Shown: positions 1-9,930, numbered from the stretch's first letter. The stretch: DNA of 31,690 nt from Promethearchaeota archaeon (GCA_048938895.1 JBHLLU010000024.1:34275-65964); one strand, 5' to 3'. Translations and numbers: made by a program. Notes: generated by a model not told the origin, from the letters alone.

Positions 1-1
1 C

Positions 2-232
2 TGGAGATCAGCAGGAACAGTAGGATATGATACAATGTATTTAACTGAAAATGACACTGGCCCTGATGATGCTGTTCATGACTATTTTGGGATATATATT
101 ATTCATGATCCTAACAGAAAGATAGGTAAAAATTTAGGAATTAGGAATATACTTGACATTGCTCCTACATCTTTAAAGATTTTGGGATTTAAGGTTCCAA
201 AGGACATGGAGGGAGATGTCATTAATTTTTAG
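2..232 (+). CDS. Alkaline phosphatase superfamily / nucleotide pyrophosphatase-phosphodiesterase-like protein, C-terminal fragment (5' end outside window)
   Basis: The frame of ORF 35..232 is open back to position 2 (WRSAGTVGYDTMYLTENDTGPDDAVHDYFGIYII...ILDIAPTSLKILGFKVPKDMEG). The 'H..G..I' and 'DIAPT.L..LG...P..MEG' segments are the typical C-terminus of AP-superfamily proteins. It lies directly upstream of cysC. Confidence 0.75.
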   Translation, partial: WRSAGTVGYDTMYLTENDTGPDDAVHDYFGIYIIHDPNRKIGKNLGIRNILDIAPTSLKILGFKVPKDMEGDVINF

Positions 233-241
233 AAGTAGTAG

Positions 242-784
242 GTGAATAAAATAGAGCATAAAGGTTTTACATTATGGTTTACTGGGCTCCCCTGTTCAGG
301 GAAAACAGTTCTTGCGAATGCAGTTGCCGAAGACTTAAGAAAAAAAGGAATGAAAGTTGAAAGACTTGACGGTGATATAGTTAGGAAGAATTTAACAAGA
401 GATCTGGGGTTCACAGAAGAAGATCGAAATATGAATATTGAAAGAGTTACATTTGTAGCAAAGTTATTAACTCGAAATGGAGTAGCTGTACTTGCTTCAT
501 TTGTATCCCCATACAACAAAATTAGAGATTACTCTAGAAATGAAATTGGGAATTACATACTTGTTTATGTTAAGTGTTCACTTGAAGAATGCGAAGCAAG
601 AGATGTTAAAGGAATGTATGCAAAAGCGAGGGCTGGAGAAATAAAAGACTTTACAGGAATCGATCATCCATTTGAAGAACCGGATAGAATCGATATCCTT
701 GTTGAAACTGATAAGCAAACTATTGAAGAAAGTAAAAAAATTATTTTAAAGGCTCTAGAAGCTAAAGGGTATTTACCCAATTAA
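242..784 (+). CDS. cysC: Adenylyl-sulfate (APS) kinase
   Basis: P-loop WFTGLPCSGKT, LDGDIVR, LGFTEEDRNMNIER, RDVKGMYAKARAGEIKDFTGIDHPFEEP; 180 aa; GTG start. Confidence 0.96.
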   Translation: MNKIEHKGFTLWFTGLPCSGKTVLANAVAEDLRKKGMKVERLDGDIVRKNLTRDLGFTEEDRNMNIERVTFVAKLLTRNGVAVLASFVSPYNKIRDYSRNEIGNYILVYVKCSLEECEARDVKGMYAKARAGEIKDFTGIDHPFEEPDRIDILVETDKQTIEESKKIILKALEAKGYLPN

Positions 785-816
785 TTCTTTTTTCTTTTTT
801 TTCTTTGATTTTTTTT
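785..816 (+). terminator. Oligo-T tract, probable archaeal intrinsic terminator after cysC
   Basis: TTCTTTTTTCTTTTTTTTCTTTGATTTTTTTT immediately after the cysC stop, between convergent genes. Confidence 0.6.
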
Positions 817-851
817 GTATTTTAATCTACTAGTCTTCATAAAAGGAAGAT

Positions 852-2114
852 TTAATCGATATATCCCAATGCTTGTAATCTATCTAACACTTTCTCTTGT
901 TCTTCTTTTTTTAACCGTTCTCCAACAAAATCTTGAAATTTCAAACTTTCAATCTTTCTTCTTAATTCATCTACTAAATTGGGATAAATTTTTGCAACAT
1001 TATGTTTTTCATGTGGATCTTTAATTAATAGGTACAATTCCTCATTCTTTTTCTTCCGAAAAGGGGCATATATATATTTATATCTATTATCTACTCGAAT
1101 TCCCGATAACCAATCTTCTTTGTTAGGAATAGTGATACCTACTGCTTCTAGATATGCATCTCTATGGGGTAATTTTTCTCCTTTCATTATGGGCAACAAA
1201 CTTTTACCAGTTATTTCGTTCTGTAATGGTAGGTTAAGTAAATCTAAAATTGTTGGGAAAATATCAATATGTCGAATTTGTATAGTTGATTCAGCATGAG
1301 GTATATTCTTTGGATTATAGAAAATCAACGGAACCTTTACAAGATGGTCATACACATTATAACCATGTCCCACATGAATTGGGCGTATCATTTTAGCATA
1401 AGGGATTTTTAATATCCTATATTTCTTTAAAATTCGTACACCTTTTACAAGTAATTTCTTAGTATATCTTTCAAATTTTGAATGTGTAATGCTTTCACCA
1501 TGATCTCCTGTTATTATAACAGTTGTATCTTCTTTTAATAATTTAAGAACCTTACCAATATAGTTATCTATGCTAGCTATGGCTCTTGCATATCTTGATT
1601 TCCCATATTGTTCATTATTCATTTCTTTAAGAACCCGTCTAGGATGGTGTAGAGCCCAGATATGTAAAAGGACAAACCATGGTTCTTTAAAATGAGATTT
1701 GAACTTCTTAAGCAATTTCTCCCCCCATAATGTATGAATTGTCTCAATTCTCTCTCGATAATTGAATTCGTCAAATCCTTTGTCAAAACCTATTTCTTGC
1801 ACTACTGGTCCTGTTATTTCTGCATAAGTATTATACCCTTTTTCTTTTAATATTTCAGGACAGGTAACGATGTCTTTATTTAACGCATATCCAGAGTGAC
1901 TTCTCACTCCATTTTCAAAGGGATAAAGTCCAGTTAGCATACTTGAAAAAGAAGGAGTTGTAGTAGTTGTAGTCGCAATGGTATTAAGAAAACTGAATCC
2001 TTTTTCTTTTAATTTAGAGATATTGGGAATATGACTTTTTCCTGAGTCATAAATATAATCAGCTCTTAAACAGTCTACTACTATGAATAAAATATTTTTC
2101 ACATTTTCCACCAT
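852..2114 (-). CDS. Sulfatase-like hydrolase/transferase (alkaline phosphatase superfamily), Thr at nucleophile position
   Basis: NILFIVVDCLRAD, TTTPSFSSMLTG (in place of CxPSR), LHIWALHHP, ITGDHG, HIDIFPTIL, ELYLLIKDPHEKHNVA, C-terminal RLQALGYI. Confidence 0.85.
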   Translation of the reverse strand: MVENVKNILFIVVDCLRADYIYDSGKSHIPNISKLKEKGFSFLNTIATTTTTTPSFSSMLTGLYPFENGVRSHSGYALNKDIVTCPEILKEKGYNTYAEITGPVVQEIGFDKGFDEFNYRERIETIHTLWGEKLLKKFKSHFKEPWFVLLHIWALHHPRRVLKEMNNEQYGKSRYARAIASIDNYIGKVLKLLKEDTTVIITGDHGESITHSKFERYTKKLLVKGVRILKKYRILKIPYAKMIRPIHVGHGYNVYDHLVKVPLIFYNPKNIPHAESTIQIRHIDIFPTILDLLNLPLQNEITGKSLLPIMKGEKLPHRDAYLEAVGITIPNKEDWLSGIRVDNRYKYIYAPFRKKKNEELYLLIKDPHEKHNVAKIYPNLVDELRRKIESLKFQDFVGERLKKEEQEKVLDRLQALGYID

Positions 2115-2133
2115 TTTCCATCATTTATAATTT

Positions 2134-3105
2134 TTAAGTTACAACTAAATCCACATTATATTTTTTGGAATACCATTCAAAATAATCTCTCAATCCTTCT
2201 TCCTGAGAATATTTTGGTTGAAAATTCAGGAGTTTATTTGCTTTAGTTATATCAGCATAACTATGAAGAATATCTCCCGGTCTTGGATCTTGATAAATTA
2301 TTTTCAAATCTCTTCTATTTGTCATTTTTAACATCAAATTTGCTAGCTGTTCTAAAGCAATTGGAGATCCTAATCCTAAATTTAAGATTTCTCCCGAAAT
2401 ATCATTTTCCGCTGCTAATATATTAGCTTGAACAACATCCTTGACATACGTGAAATCTCTTGATTGTTTCCCATTTCCATAAATTACTAAATCTCTATTA
2501 GAAAGAATCATTCCTAACCATATTGCTATTACCCCGCTATATGGTGAATCTTGTTGTCTTGGTCCATAAACATTGAAATAACGTAAAGAAATCGTTTTTA
2601 TTCCATAAATATTATAAAATATTTGCATATATGCTTCACATGCTAATTTCGATACACCGTAGGGGGAAATAGGAATTCTTGGCATATCTTCTTTTTTTGG
2701 TAGCGTTGGTGTATCACCATATACAGAAGAACTTGATGCAAAAATGACTTTATCTACATTTCTCTTTCTGGCGGCATTTAAAATATTTAATGTGCCATTT
2801 ACATTTACGTCATTGCAGGAATCTGGCATTATAATTGATTGTGGAACGCTGGTAAAGGCTGCTTGATGGTAAACTATCTCAATATCTTTGAATAGTTCTA
2901 ATAATAAACTTAGATCTCTAATATCTCCTTTTATGAACTTGAAAGAGTTATTCCCTAGTATATCTTCAAAATTCTCAAATCGACCATTATATAAATTATC
3001 AAAACCAATTACATTTGCTCCTAATTTAATTAGCTCAAGAGTTAAATTACTTCCGATAAAACCTGCGGCACCAGTAACCAAAACGTTCTTTCCTTCAAAA
3101 TTCAT
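2134..3105 (-). CDS. NAD-dependent NDP-sugar 4-epimerase (GalE/WbpP-like extended SDR)
   Basis: VLVTGAAGFIGSNL, HQAAFTSVPQS, ASSSSVYG, YGVSK, LRYFNVYGPRQ, GKQSRDFTYV. ATG at 3105 preferred over the ORF-track start at 3126. Confidence 0.9.
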   Translation of the reverse strand: MNFEGKNVLVTGAAGFIGSNLTLELIKLGANVIGFDNLYNGRFENFEDILGNNSFKFIKGDIRDLSLLLELFKDIEIVYHQAAFTSVPQSIIMPDSCNDVNVNGTLNILNAARKRNVDKVIFASSSSVYGDTPTLPKKEDMPRIPISPYGVSKLACEAYMQIFYNIYGIKTISLRYFNVYGPRQQDSPYSGVIAIWLGMILSNRDLVIYGNGKQSRDFTYVKDVVQANILAAENDISGEILNLGLGSPIALEQLANLMLKMTNRRDLKIIYQDPRPGDILHSYADITKANKLLNFQPKYSQEEGLRDYFEWYSKKYNVDLVVT

Positions 3106-3314
3106 TATATTTAAAAAATACTTCAAATTTAATTAGGTTTTTTCTCCAAAATATATTCTTAAAAATTATCTTAAATAAAACATTATAAAGAATTCAATGA
3201 TTTATTTATATCACAGAAGAAATTTATCGAAGAAAGTACAGTTTAAACATTAAATGAATTAAAAAATATGAAATATTTCAGATGGAATAAAAGTAAAGCA
3301 TTAAGGTGCAAATT

Positions 3315-4352
3315 TTGAAAAAAATTCTTATTACAGGAGTAAATGGATTTATTGGGTCTCACTTAGTCGATTTCATTATTGATAAAGATGTAGAAATCTA
3401 TGGAATTGAAAGACCAAGTCAAATTTATAGAAATTTATCACACTATTTGAAGAATAAATTTTCATTTGAGATAGATAATAAGAGAGATTTCTTTGGAGAA
3501 CCAATCAAAATACCTACTGATAATGATAAATTCATTCTTCTGGAATGCGATATAAAAAATGCCAGTTTACTAGAGAAAATAATTACAATAGTAACTCCCG
3601 ATATTATTTTCCATTTCGCAGCACAACCAAACATTATCCCTTCATGGGAGGATCCTGTTGATACTATTGAAACAAATGTTATCGGAACGTTAAATATTTT
3701 TGAGCCAATTAAAAAAAATATCCTTAATTCGAGAGTTGTGTCTGCTTGCACAAGTGCGGAATATGGAACCACTGTTCAACTTAACCGACCATTAAAGGAA
3801 AGTGACCCACTTTTAGCCGTTCATCCATATGGGATCAGCAAAATTGCTACTGAATTACTAGCGCGTCAATATTTCTTAAATTTTAATATTGAAATTGTCA
3901 ATCTTAGACTTTTTAATCAAACGGGAATTCGAAAGATTAATGATGCCCCTTCTGACTTTGTAAGGAAAATAGTCGATATTGAACTTGAACATAGTGAACC
4001 TATTATTCAAGTTGGTAATTTAGATTCCTATAGAGATTTCACAGACATTAAAGATTCTATAAAGGCAATTTGGCTTACTGCTTTAAAGGGAAAGCCAGGG
4101 GAAACTTATAATATATGTTCGAACACAAAAGTTCAAATTCGAACACTTTTGGAAATTATTTTACAATTCTCTAAAAAAAAAATTAAGGTTATAGAAAAGT
4201 CCACTCAAAAATTACGAAAAACTGATGAGGATGTTATTATTGGTGATAATTCGAAAATACATAATGAATTAGGTTGGAAACCGATTATACCACTTGAAAC
4301 AACACTTAAAGCTATGTATAATTATTGGTTGGACTATAGCAAAAATAAATAA
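3315..4352 (+). CDS. GDP-mannose 4,6-dehydratase / GDP-4-keto-6-deoxymannose reductase (Gmd/Rmd-like extended SDR)
   Basis: ILITGVNGFIGSHL, FHFAAQ, TSAEYG, HPYGISK, VGNLDSYRDFTD, GDNSKIHNELGWKP. Start placed at TTG 3315, 6 nt after SD-like AGGTG (ORF track gives GTG 3306). Confidence 0.8.
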   Translation: MKKILITGVNGFIGSHLVDFIIDKDVEIYGIERPSQIYRNLSHYLKNKFSFEIDNKRDFFGEPIKIPTDNDKFILLECDIKNASLLEKIITIVTPDIIFHFAAQPNIIPSWEDPVDTIETNVIGTLNIFEPIKKNILNSRVVSACTSAEYGTTVQLNRPLKESDPLLAVHPYGISKIATELLARQYFLNFNIEIVNLRLFNQTGIRKINDAPSDFVRKIVDIELEHSEPIIQVGNLDSYRDFTDIKDSIKAIWLTALKGKPGETYNICSNTKVQIRTLLEIILQFSKKKIKVIEKSTQKLRKTDEDVIIGDNSKIHNELGWKPIIPLETTLKAMYNYWLDYSKNK

Positions 4353-4395
4353 AGATTTAAAAAAAAGAAATTTTATTAGAAATAATTCGCTTTTT

Positions 4396-6438
4396 CTATG
4401 ATCTTCTAGAGAGAATAAGAAGTATTACACCTAAAGCCGCTAAAGCTCCGCCTCCAGCACCTAAACTTAAAGCTAAAGTATCTCCTAGATCATATGGCGT
4501 CATAGGTAAGTTTTTATCGTCCTCAGCTAATTTGTTAACGAGTATATCTCTAAAAACTGGTAACCATTCTAATATTGCACTCATTTGTATAAAGTTTAAG
4601 CCACCGTTCTGTGCTTGTAATGTCGTATACATTGCATTGCCTTCTTTTGCTTTATACCAGTTATTGACACCCTTTACAGTAACTAACGAATAATCACTAT
4701 CTTCATCCCAAAGTAGGAAACATTGAGTTAGTGTAAGAGTTGATACATAGCTTAACCCAATCTCAAAATAAGGGGGTCCATAAATAGGTGGTGTCCGCTC
4801 AGATAGAAATCCTTCAGGAAGAACTACCTCTCCATTAATAGTTCCATTAGCCCATTGTTCATAGAAAGCTATAGTAGCAACCTGTGTCAGTGTTAGCCCA
4901 TAATCTAACTCAATCAAGTCCGCTGCTCTCCCGGTAGCAGGATCAGCACCAATGAGGGCTCCTAACCAGTTTAAAAGAGCAGTTAATTCACCTGTGCTAA
5001 TACCAAAAGATGCAATGATAGAAGCCTGAGCGGTTGTATCCATTTGCATAGCAGGTAACCACATACTCGAGTAACTATCTCCATAAATGAATGTTTTGTC
5101 ACTTAATGGATCCCATAGAGCTATGCATTCAGCTAATGAGAGACCACTGGCAGTTGGCAACCCAACTTCAAAGTATGGTGCTCCCGCAAAAGACGGATCA
5201 ACTTCACCGAGAAAACCACCAGGGAGAATGACCTCACCAAAAATGGTTCCATTTGCCCATTGCTCATAAAATGCCAAAATAGCTAGCTGACTTACTGTTT
5301 GTCCAGTAGCGTCCAAAACTAATGCAGGGGTAACATTATCAATGAAATTACTTAACCAGGTCAAAATCATTGTTAATTGAGTCGGTGAAAGACCGAAGGT
5401 ACCAATTAATGTCCCCTGGGCAGTTGGGTCTCCAAGTCCCGCAGCTATCCATGTTTCTATGCCACTATCATTTGTAAAGGATAATGGGAGTGAACTGTTC
5501 CATAGGTTCATGCACGTTGCAATAGAGATGTTTGTAGGAGCAGGGATTCCTGCTTCAAATCCTTTTAGCTCAGAAGTGCCAATAAATAACCCAATATCAA
5601 TTCCATCAGGGAAAAAAGTAGCGTTCGCCCATTGTCGATAAAATCCAGTTGCGATTGCTTCTGCTCTGGTGATTCCATAGTTATACTGAAACGCACTGGG
5701 CACAGCATAAGTGATAAGAGTCCAAATATAATCAAACGTGTTCCCGACTTGAGCTATTGTAACATTGTAGTGTCCAGGAATTACCGCATTGGTATATCCA
5801 TCACCACCCAGATATGCTATATAATAGAATATATCATATATCTCTTTCGCACCTGTTCCGTAAGTAGTATCTGTAATTATGCCATGGAAATAATAAGGAG
5901 TGATATATGCATCATAAAAGATACTATCTAACAGATTAGTCCGAGCGGTCAATGTATAGTTTTGGGCAACACCTGTGATATTGGAGACACCAGGTATTCC
6001 TGTATATGGGTCAACAAAAGTAGGATCATTAAAGAAGACATTTGTACCAGCATCAAAACCGTAAGTAAGGTTCAACCAATAGATTGAAAGGTTAACCAAT
6101 TGAGCAGCTGTTCCGAAATCAATAATATCCGGAATTTTAGCTTCGATCTCTGCCTTCAAGCCAAGAAGTGCGCCAGGGGTTGATTTTAATTTTAATAGGG
6201 GCTCCACACCAGCGGAAGCCGCATCGAATACTCCTTTAAGAACATCTGGTAGTCCTAAGACGGGAATTTGTTCCTCCAGAGCTGGAACTGCATCCGCTTT
6301 AATCTTAATCATGGCTTCAGGAACTCCATCAGAGACCAGATCTCGTAGATAATCGTTTGTAACTAAGCCCGTTGGTACTAAACCCGCACCAACAGCTAGC
6401 AAAACAATTGCAGTTATTAATTTAGATTTACTTGACAT
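4396..6438 (-). CDS. Membrane-anchored surface protein with N- and C-terminal hydrophobic helices and three internal ~124-135-aa repeats; possible CD36/LIMP-2 (LmpA)-related repeat
   Basis: N-terminal LITAIVLLAVGAGLV, C-terminal ALAALGVILLILSRRS. Repeated FY(R/E)QWAN(A/G)T...FE(A/V/I)G...C..LW...Q/EL..(I/L)L.WL. Many N-x-S/T sequons. Confidence 0.7.
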   Translation of the reverse strand: MSSKSKLITAIVLLAVGAGLVPTGLVTNDYLRDLVSDGVPEAMIKIKADAVPALEEQIPVLGLPDVLKGVFDAASAGVEPLLKLKSTPGALLGLKAEIEAKIPDIIDFGTAAQLVNLSIYWLNLTYGFDAGTNVFFNDPTFVDPYTGIPGVSNITGVAQNYTLTARTNLLDSIFYDAYITPYYFHGIITDTTYGTGAKEIYDIFYYIAYLGGDGYTNAVIPGHYNVTIAQVGNTFDYIWTLITYAVPSAFQYNYGITRAEAIATGFYRQWANATFFPDGIDIGLFIGTSELKGFEAGIPAPTNISIATCMNLWNSSLPLSFTNDSGIETWIAAGLGDPTAQGTLIGTFGLSPTQLTMILTWLSNFIDNVTPALVLDATGQTVSQLAILAFYEQWANGTIFGEVILPGGFLGEVDPSFAGAPYFEVGLPTASGLSLAECIALWDPLSDKTFIYGDSYSSMWLPAMQMDTTAQASIIASFGISTGELTALLNWLGALIGADPATGRAADLIELDYGLTLTQVATIAFYEQWANGTINGEVVLPEGFLSERTPPIYGPPYFEIGLSYVSTLTLTQCFLLWDEDSDYSLVTVKGVNNWYKAKEGNAMYTTLQAQNGGLNFIQMSAILEWLPVFRDILVNKLAEDDKNLPMTPYDLGDTLALSLGAGGGALAALGVILLILSRRS
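4550..5650 (-). repeat. Three diverged intragenic protein-level repeats
   Basis: The Trp codons of the QWAN motif lie at 5629-5631, 5257-5259 and 4852-4854 (spacings 372 and 405 bp). Outer boundaries are approximate. Confidence 0.8.
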
Positions 6439-6460
6439 AGTATATATTTTAACTTTTCAT

Positions 6461-6476
6461 TATTTAAATGTTTTTA
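6461..6476 (-). promoter_or_regulatory. Putative BRE/TATA promoter for a leaderless transcript of the surface protein gene
   Basis: The minus strand has an A-rich BRE-like run (AAAAACA) directly followed by TTTAAATA, ending about 23 nt upstream of the ATG at 6438. No SD motif is visible. Confidence 0.45.
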
Positions 6477-6626
6477 TAAATGGTTGAGTGAGTATTTTAC
6501 GTTCGTACTCTTAATTAAATCTGAATTTCAGAGATTCGGATTACATTTTTATCGATTTTTTAAAATTCTAGAACTTTATATCCCAAAAAGATGAAAGGTA
6601 ATGTAAATCAAATAGCTTTATTAAAT

Positions 6627-9600
6627 CTAAATTTTGATGAAATTAAAAGTTATTTTCTTTATATCATCTATTTTTAATTGTATGTTACAATAGGGACAAG
6701 TATTTTCAGTATTTCCTTTAAGTTTTTTAAGAATGTTTTCCTTCAATGAAGCAGAACAAATTTTATTAGAGCAAAGGGTTAATTCACCATAAACTTTCTC
6801 TTTTTCTTTATTTAAGTTCTCTTCGATAATCTTAAGATTCTGGGCGGTGACTTTCTCCGAAATCGCACTTTTATTATTCTTAATATATTTATTCAAATAT
6901 TCAACATTCGTTCCAATAACTAAATTAATCATTTCTCCTACTTTGAAATTATTCTTTTTACGGGCATATTGAATATTTCTAACTAAATCATTTACTACAC
7001 GCTCAGCAAGCAATTCATCATCAAGTTCCGTATCCAAATAGATATTACAGTACTTAGATTCCGCTTTCACTAGTGTTCCATCGGTTTCCACTGAATCTTT
7101 GATTTCTAATTCCTTAACATTTCCAATCTGTTTAATGATTTCTGGAAAAGAAAGTTCTGGCATACCATCTTTCGGTTCTATAATTATTTTTTTATTTGGC
7201 CATCTAAGTCTTATTTTATTTTCTTCCTTTAAAGCGCGTATCAACTCAATCAATTCTTTAGTAAAGAGCATTTGATCTTCTAGTTCCAAATTAATTTCAT
7301 CTAGTGCAACTTCTGGCCAGTTCTGTAAATGAATGCTTTCAGTTTCGGGTAGGTTTATTGATTTCATATATGGTTTAAACATTTTGAGGTAAATCTCCTC
7401 TGCTAACATAGGATTGATTGGAGCTAACAATAACAAAACCTTCAATAATAAATCGAATAAAATAGTCATGATGGTAAATTTATCATGGCTATCTGAATAT
7501 ATATCTAATTTTTCTCTATTTAGCATGATGTACCATCTGCTAATATCATTGATAATGAAATCCCTTAACTCACTAGTTATCCAAGGGAGTTTATATTCGT
7601 CTGACAATTTAGTAACTCTTTCAATTGTGGTATTTAATCTTGAAATAATCCACTTATCCAACAAACTTAAATCATTCTTATCAATTTTGTTCTTGAAGCG
7701 ATCATATTTAGCTAAGCCTAATTTTTCACTTGCATAGACGAAAACATTCCAAATAGTATTAATTACTTTATAGGTATCAGCATATTCTTTTGTGTTGAAG
7801 TTAAAATCACGACCAGGTTGGGTTACACCTATAGAATAAAGTCGAAATGTTTCAATACCTTTTATTTTTGAATAAGATTTATTTTTTACTAACTCATCCA
7901 AAGAACCTTCTATTAGATCCTCAGGAAAGATTTGAGTTCCTTTTGATTTGCTCATTTTTTGTTTATTTCTTAATGTCCATCCATGCATATAACAAGCACT
8001 ATAATTTTTTTTTCCAGAAGATACCATAGCACTACATAATAGGGTGTTAAACCAACCTCTAATTTGATCTTTTCCTTCAAGAATGAAATCCGCAGGAATC
8101 CAAGTATCATAATGGCTTTCTCCATCATAGACTTCCTGTGCTGCCCACATCACTGAACCAGAATCTAACCAAACATCTAAAATGTCTGGAATTCTTCTTT
8201 TTACGCCTTTATTACATTTTTTACAGATCCATGTTACCTCATCAATCCAAGGACGATGCAAATCTTTAGGTACTTCACCTGCTATTTCTTTTAATTCCTT
8301 TGAAGAACCAATCACGGTTATATCGCCACAATTTTCATTATCACATGTCCATACACTAAGAGGAATACCCCAGAATCGTTGTCGGGAAATACACCAGTCT
8401 TTTAGTGTACTTAACCAACTTTTGAACCATCTATTCCCTGCCCAATCTGGGATCCAATAGATTTTACTATTCTCTTTTAATAAATCTGGAACAAGACTTT
8501 CTGTTCTAAAAAACCATTGATTTGTGGCTCTATATACTAATTTTGAATCACATCTCCAACAGTGAGCATATTCGTGCTCAATTTCACTAGTAAAAATAAG
8601 AGTACCTTTTTTTTTCAACAAATCCAAGATTTCTTCGTTAGCATCGAATACAAATTTTCCTTCATAGATCCCGGCTTCTTTTGTATAGATTCCTCTTATA
8701 TCTACGGGATTGAAAACAGGAATATTATTTGCTACCCCTACCTCAAAATCTTCAGGTCCATGACCCGGAGCAGAATGAACTAATCCAACTCCTTCAGAAG
8801 CAGAAACATATTCAGCAGATAAAATAATTGTGTGCACTTTCTCATTTTCTTTTTCTAACTCCGCTTGATAGGGCACCTCTTCCAACAAAGGGTGAATATA
8901 TCTCATTCCCTCTAGATCTTCACCAATATAATTATCTACAATCTTATATGTATATCCTAGTTCTCCCGAAATTAGATGAACTAGAGAAACTTTTGATAGA
9001 ATCCAATACTCATCTAAATCCTCAATGTGGACTTTTGCATATTCTGCAATAGGATTCGCCATTATAGCTTCATTTGCGACCAATGTCCAAGGAGTTGTAG
9101 TCCAAATAATAAAATAAGTATCATCCATGTCAGCTGATTTAATCTTAAGGAAAAGACTAGTATCAATTATGTTTTTATATTCATGTTCATGTTTTGCTAG
9201 AGCTGTAGCACATCGAGGACAACAATTTAAAGGCCTATAAAATTGGTAGAGGAGCTTATTTTCCCATGCTTTTTTTAAGGTCCACCAAATTCCCTCAATA
9301 TAGCTATTCTTAAATGTAATATATGGATTTTCCCAATCCCAGAACAAACATCCTAATCGTTTGAATTGTTCATTCATTATTTTTAAATTCTTTTGGGCGT
9401 ATTCTTTACAATTGGTAATGAATTTATCTACACCGTATTCAAGGATTTGCTGCTTATTATCTATTCCCAACTCCTTTTCCATTTGTACTTCTATTGGTAA
9501 ACCGTGGGTATCATACCCTGGGGTGTCTGTAACCTTATATCCTCTCATTCTTTTATATTTTATAAGATAATCCTTGAGAATTTTATTCCAAGCAGTTCCT

Positions 9601-9773
9601 AAGTGAATCGAACCGGTAGTATATGGAGGACCATCTATAAATCTCCAAGTTTCTTTTCCTTTTTCTTTTTCCCTAATCTTTGAATAGATATTGTTTTCAA
9701 TCCAAAAATTCAAGATTTTTTCTTCTAATTCTGGTAAGTTCAGTTTCTTTTCTAATACTTCCACGTAAATCAT
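6627..9773 (-). CDS. ileS: Isoleucine--tRNA ligase (archaeal type)
   Basis: DGPPYTTGSIHLGTAWNKILKD, GYDTHGLPIE, WTTTPWTL, GLVHSAPGHGPEDF, DWCISRQRFWGIP, EGKDQIRGWF, KMSKS; 1048 aa. Confidence 0.97.
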   Translation of the reverse strand: MIYVEVLEKKLNLPELEEKILNFWIENNIYSKIREKEKGKETWRFIDGPPYTTGSIHLGTAWNKILKDYLIKYKRMRGYKVTDTPGYDTHGLPIEVQMEKELGIDNKQQILEYGVDKFITNCKEYAQKNLKIMNEQFKRLGCLFWDWENPYITFKNSYIEGIWWTLKKAWENKLLYQFYRPLNCCPRCATALAKHEHEYKNIIDTSLFLKIKSADMDDTYFIIWTTTPWTLVANEAIMANPIAEYAKVHIEDLDEYWILSKVSLVHLISGELGYTYKIVDNYIGEDLEGMRYIHPLLEEVPYQAELEKENEKVHTIILSAEYVSASEGVGLVHSAPGHGPEDFEVGVANNIPVFNPVDIRGIYTKEAGIYEGKFVFDANEEILDLLKKKGTLIFTSEIEHEYAHCWRCDSKLVYRATNQWFFRTESLVPDLLKENSKIYWIPDWAGNRWFKSWLSTLKDWCISRQRFWGIPLSVWTCDNENCGDITVIGSSKELKEIAGEVPKDLHRPWIDEVTWICKKCNKGVKRRIPDILDVWLDSGSVMWAAQEVYDGESHYDTWIPADFILEGKDQIRGWFNTLLCSAMVSSGKKNYSACYMHGWTLRNKQKMSKSKGTQIFPEDLIEGSLDELVKNKSYSKIKGIETFRLYSIGVTQPGRDFNFNTKEYADTYKVINTIWNVFVYASEKLGLAKYDRFKNKIDKNDLSLLDKWIISRLNTTIERVTKLSDEYKLPWITSELRDFIINDISRWYIMLNREKLDIYSDSHDKFTIMTILFDLLLKVLLLLAPINPMLAEEIYLKMFKPYMKSINLPETESIHLQNWPEVALDEINLELEDQMLFTKELIELIRALKEENKIRLRWPNKKIIIEPKDGMPELSFPEIIKQIGNVKELEIKDSVETDGTLVKAESKYCNIYLDTELDDELLAERVVNDLVRNIQYARKKNNFKVGEMINLVIGTNVEYLNKYIKNNKSAISEKVTAQNLKIIEENLNKEKEKVYGELTLCSNKICSASLKENILKKLKGNTENTCPYCNIQLKIDDIKKITFNFIKI

Positions 9774-9930
9774 CTTGTTGTAAATGTGAATGTTTATTAT
9801 AAGATGTTTAAACTAAAAAATTTAATGTAAACCATATAAACTTGGTGGTAAAGATCTGTAAATTTAAGTGGTAGATAATTAAAATGTATTAAATTTCTTT
9901 AATTCATTCTATTATTAAAAATAGAAGTGT

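Noticed and set aside
6518-6542. Palindrome TCTGAA-T-TTCAGA / weak hairpin between ileS and the surface-protein gene
   Set aside because: Short, AT-rich and seen once; indistinguishable from chance without comparative data.
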